A DNA stretch of 44,678 bases from a virus (lineage: Duplodnaviria; Caudoviricetes): the IMG/VR virus record IMGVR_UViG_3300037424_001811, positions 1 to 44,678 of that record. One strand, 5' to 3'. Shown here piece by piece: positions 41,617 through 44,678 of the stretch. The position numbers were made by a program, and so were the translations under genes. The notes beneath the pieces were generated by a model. That model had not been told where the DNA came from. It did no database searches and saw only the letters and a program-made list of their open reading frames with translations. Every line of letters begins with the position of its first letter. Position 1 is the stretch's first letter.

Positions 41617-42038
41617 AACGCCTCAATCAATTCGAGTAAATTAGTGTGTATTCCACCATTAACAAATGCCATTCGATACATCAACTCCGGTTCGCCATCC
41701 GCCAATAAAATATGAAGCGGTTTTCCTGCACCAACAAAATATCCGGCTTCCAGATGAGCAGACCGCCCACACGGCAAAACCAAAACACAAGCATCCGACC
41801 ATAGCATTGCCGAAAAGTCGCTATCAAAACCACTGACAGCAATGGGGTGGCTTAGGACCGATTTGAATAATTCCGGCCTCCATTCCTTCCAATTTGGGTC
41901 AATCTCCGACCAATGAAAGCCAATGTCACCTGGTCTTGGATTTCTAAAATCATAAACCGCATGTCCCGCCTGCAATAGAGCTTTTACCACATTTGGCTGA
42001 TATTGATTGCGCCAGGAGGACGCCACATATATTTTCAC
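41613..42038 (-). CDS. Nucleoside 2-deoxyribosyltransferase-like protein
   Basis: KIYVASSWRN, GFDSDFSAMLWSDACVLVLPCGRSAHLEAGY; GTGA overlap. Confidence 0.78.
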   Translation of the reverse strand: MKIYVASSWRNQYQPNVVKALLQAGHAVYDFRNPRPGDIGFHWSEIDPNWKEWRPELFKSVLSHPIAVSGFDSDFSAMLWSDACVLVLPCGRSAHLEAGYFVGAGKPLHILLADGEPELMYRMAFVNGGIHTNLLELIEAL

Positions 42039-42256
42039 TTCCCCCTCCTCCCTCCCCGCCGCCTTCCCGCCCACGCCGCGCGGACCGCCACCGGGTCGAT
42101 GCCCTTCTCGCAAAAAAATCGCTCCGCATCCGCCGCCCATCGCCCGCCGTACAACAGGTCATTGCGCGCCCGGCGATAAATCGCCCGGTGCAGCGCCTCC
42201 CACGGGTCCTCCTCCTCCTCCAATTGCGGATAGTTGCGGTCGTCTATGTAGGTCAC
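42035..42256 (-). CDS. Hypothetical protein
   Basis: Abuts ThiF stop; AIYRRARNDL...AERFF. Confidence 0.6.
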   Translation of the reverse strand: MTYIDDRNYPQLEEEEDPWEALHRAIYRRARNDLLYGGRWAADAERFFCEKGIDPVAVRAAWAGRRRGGRRGK

Positions 42257-43357
42257 TTACTCAGCCACCTCAACAGCAACAGCGACGCCGTGGCCAGCGC
42301 CAGGCCGACGACGGTCATCGCCAGGATTATCGTCTCCATCCTCAAAACCCTCCCATACATCCGTCGCCATTTGCCAACCGCAAGCCGGACAGAAAACAAT
42401 GTCCTCCTCGCCGACTTCATCGGCCAGCACGTCGCGGCCCTCGGTCAATTCCCCACCACATTCCGGGCACACACCAGGAAAACCGCCAACCGCCTCACCA
42501 AAGGCATCCAGCATCTCCCCCACCTCGGCCCACGCATCCGGTACAGCCGCCGCCTGCCCCTCCGTAATCGCCACGCTGCGCACATTGCCGCCGCGCAGAT
42601 CGAGCCACGTCTGGTAGATGTCCAGATCGTGAGCCAGCAGCCGGTAGACATACACGCCGATCCACCCGGCCATCACCTGGTTGATCATCAGCGACTGCGC
42701 ATTGAGCGCCGTCAACTCCGCGCAACTCAGGGCCTCATCATTGACCATTGACAATTGACTATTGACAATTAACCCCGGCTCCTGCACCGCCGGCAGCGGT
42801 AGCATCACACACCGCCCTAGCAGCGGATCAATCACCGGCTCCGCCATTAGCGAGTTGCCAATCAGCACCTGGCCGGCGTGCTCGCTGTTGCCGGCGTCGA
42901 GCCACCAGGCGTTGCGATTTCGGGCAATGGCATCACCGCTAAAAAACCGAGCAATACTTTCCCGCGCGGCCGGATTATCCACGCAGCCGACGACGACTAG
43001 CAGGCCGTTGCGGGAACCGTTATACCAATTATTGAGGAGCCAATTCGAGGCAAACACTCCCACAATCGCCCCGATCTGCAATCCAAAAGCCAGGTTGTAC
43101 CGGCTGGCCAGCGCCATCGCTTTCGCCTGGCCGATCTCCGCCGGGCAGAAATTCTGCCTGCCGATATTTTTCTCCTCCACCCGGTCAGGGTCGCAGAAGA
43201 TCAGCCGCAGCTTCGGCCTATTGCTGCGCCGCGCTTCGTAGGCGAGCCGGGCGAGGTGGAGGGCGGCAAATGAGCCGGTGCCGCCGCAGCCGACGAGGAG
43301 GAGGGTGACTTCGGCGGGGTCGCCGATCTCGATGGGGATGTGGGGGACTATAATCAT
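42257..43357 (-). CDS. ThiF/E1-like adenylyltransferase (PRTRC ThiF-like) with C-terminal zinc ribbon
   Basis: LVGCGGTGS, DPDRVEEKNIGRQNF, GCVDNPAAR, WWLDAGN, LSCAE (putative catalytic Cys), QSLMIN; CPECG...CPACG. Confidence 0.92.
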   Translation of the reverse strand: MIIVPHIPIEIGDPAEVTLLLVGCGGTGSFAALHLARLAYEARRSNRPKLRLIFCDPDRVEEKNIGRQNFCPAEIGQAKAMALASRYNLAFGLQIGAIVGVFASNWLLNNWYNGSRNGLLVVVGCVDNPAARESIARFFSGDAIARNRNAWWLDAGNSEHAGQVLIGNSLMAEPVIDPLLGRCVMLPLPAVQEPGLIVNSQLSMVNDEALSCAELTALNAQSLMINQVMAGWIGVYVYRLLAHDLDIYQTWLDLRGGNVRSVAITEGQAAAVPDAWAEVGEMLDAFGEAVGGFPGVCPECGGELTEGRDVLADEVGEEDIVFCPACGWQMATDVWEGFEDGDDNPGDDRRRPGAGHGVAVAVEVAE

Positions 43358-43659
43358 CCCCCCTCCCACCCGCCGCGCTTCGGCACTCTGACCAAATCCC
43401 GGCCAAAGCGGACGAACAAACTCTCCCCATCCTCACCTTCGACCGCGCCGCTGACTCCCTGCTGTAAAAGAAGCGTCCGCTGCACCTGCACCAGCAAAGG
43501 CGTCGTCAGCCGCACCCGCTGCGGCAGTGGCTCCGCCGCCAACGGCAGCGCGGCGTAGTGGCCGTTAGGTATCAGTGTGCCGCTGATGAGCCGGGTGGTG
43601 CGTGCGGGTTTACGTTTCTGGCTAAATAAAGCCTTGAGTTGTTTCAAATTCCTGATCAT
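43354..43659 (-). CDS. Hypothetical protein
   Basis: GGAGGA RBS; ATGA overlap with ThiF. Confidence 0.6.
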   Translation of the reverse strand: MIRNLKQLKALFSQKRKPARTTRLISGTLIPNGHYAALPLAAEPLPQRVRLTTPLLVQVQRTLLLQQGVSGAVEGEDGESLFVRFGRDLVRVPKRGGWEGG

Positions 43660-43660
43660 G

Positions 43661-44635
43661 CTATTCCTCCGTATCGATTTCCTCATACGCCGCGCCCAGC
43701 CCCCCGGCCACGCGGGCGGTCAATGCCTGATCCATCTCAAACAGCGGCCTCTGCCGCACTTCGACGCGCGGCGTCTTGGCCAAATCTGGCGTAAGCCGCT
43801 TCCGGCACGGCGGCAATTTCCAAACCTTACCACCAAATACGGCGTAAAACTCGCCCGTTTTCAGTCCCAGCAAATGCCGGTGCTCGATCCGCTCCTTCAC
43901 CTGCACCGGCCTCGGGCCCATCCCCGGCGGCACGTAGCCGTTGCCCCGCCCGCCGGCGGCCTGCTGGCCAATGTTGAGTTCGGAACGCACGGCCTCGAAA
44001 TCCCGCTCTAATTGCAAAAATCCAACGATCCGCAGGTTACACTGGCTCAATACGTCCTTCTCCAAATCGCTCGGCCGCTGGGTGATGAAGACCAGGTTCA
44101 GGCCGAAGCTCCGCCCCCGCCGGGCGTATTGGTTAGTGATTTCCAGCGCCGCCACGTCCTGCTGCCGTTTCTGCGGGGCGAACATCTCCGCTTCGTCGAT
44201 GACCACAAACAGCGGCCTCGGCTGCTCCTGTTCGGTCTGCCGCCGCCATAGTTGGGTCAGCAGGTCGGTATAGATGTTTCGTTGCTCATTCAACATCAGC
44301 CCGGCCAGGTTGACCACGACGCCCGCCCCGCGCATCAGGTAGTCGATGACCTGGGGCATCCATTTGGTTTCCCAGCTCACATGCAAATGTCCATCCCGCC
44401 CGGCCACGATCACGCCGGGCAGCTCGGCCAGGCCCCGGTACTCGCCAACTTTGGGGTCGATCACCAGGAACGGCTGGCCGATAGCATGCAGCTCCTCCAA
44501 GACGACGACGGTCAGATGAGACTTGCCGCCGCCGCTGTTGGCCGCGATAGTCCAGCGGCAGCCCTGGGTTGCCCACGGTTCGGCGGATAGGTCGATTTCG
44601 AGACCGTTGCCGAAATCAATGACGGGGGAGGTCAT
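43661..44635 (-). CDS. HerA/FtsK-superfamily (DUF87-like) P-loop ATPase
   Basis: ANSGGGKS, VIDPKVGEY, VVIDEAEMFAP, RRGRSFG, ITQRPS, SQCN. Confidence 0.9.
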   Translation of the reverse strand: MTSPVIDFGNGLEIDLSAEPWATQGCRWTIAANSGGGKSHLTVVVLEELHAIGQPFLVIDPKVGEYRGLAELPGVIVAGRDGHLHVSWETKWMPQVIDYLMRGAGVVVNLAGLMLNEQRNIYTDLLTQLWRRQTEQEQPRPLFVVIDEAEMFAPQKRQQDVAALEITNQYARRGRSFGLNLVFITQRPSDLEKDVLSQCNLRIVGFLQLERDFEAVRSELNIGQQAAGGRGNGYVPPGMGPRPVQVKERIEHRHLLGLKTGEFYAVFGGKVWKLPPCRKRLTPDLAKTPRVEVRQRPLFEMDQALTARVAGGLGAAYEEIDTEE

Positions 44636-44678
44636 TTGCAGTTATACTCCAAATCATATCCGCGTCTGACATATCGCG
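44558..44678. repeat. Terminal direct repeat, right copy
   Basis: Matches 1-121 with two mismatches. Confidence 0.95.

Noticed and set aside
42257-43357. Thiamine/molybdopterin biosynthesis auxiliary gene or CBASS Cap2
   Set aside because: No ThiS/MoaD with GG end, no ThiG/MoaE, no CD-NTase; motifs and partners fit the PRTRC type
38256-44635. Possible cas genes near the array
   Set aside because: No Cas1/2/3/5/6/7 motifs; the nuclease lacks Cas4 Cys clusters and the ATPase is HerA-like, not Cas3
43661-44635. HerA-NurA or Sir2-HerA defence system
   Set aside because: No NurA or Sir2 partner recognised next to the ATPase
44558-44678. Biological direct terminal repeat of the virion DNA
   Set aside because: Falls mid-operon inside a gene, far from the terminase; better explained as assembly overlap
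1-44678. tRNA, rRNA or IS transposase
   Set aside because: No cloverleaf with T-loop/CCA, rRNA-like segment or transposase motif noticed by eye; tRNAscan/ISEScan would be decisive

Overview
This appears to be a complete, circularly permuted temperate tailed-phage genome of about 44.56 kb (siphovirus-like; bases 1-121 repeat 44558-44678 with 2 synonymous mismatches). A Chloroflexota (Anaerolineae-like) host is inferred, weakly, from host-style short repeats and protein motifs. Modules: terminase-portal-protease-capsid-tail on the minus strand (37073-15171), a large serine integrase with a candidate attP in its 3' end, a CI/Cro-type switch, a DnaA_N-type replication initiator with palindromic iterons, and a long early operon that crosses the window ends. 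Main highlights: (1) that early operon carries a full PRTRC-type ubiquitin-like conjugation set (Ubl with an internal TKG motif plus an 80-aa tail, E2, JAB peptidase, ThiF/E1, ParB) interleaved with a HerA-like ATPase; (2) a cas-less type I-E CRISPR mini-array (3 repeats, 2 spacers) with a perfect palindrome in place of a leader; (3) four SymR-style promoter/two-hairpin antisense RNA units; (4) a DdrB-like ssDNA-binding protein; (5) two -1 frameshift sites; (6) signal-peptide-bearing genes inside the head module and no recognisable endolysin. All family assignments come from motif recognition by eye, not from database searches.
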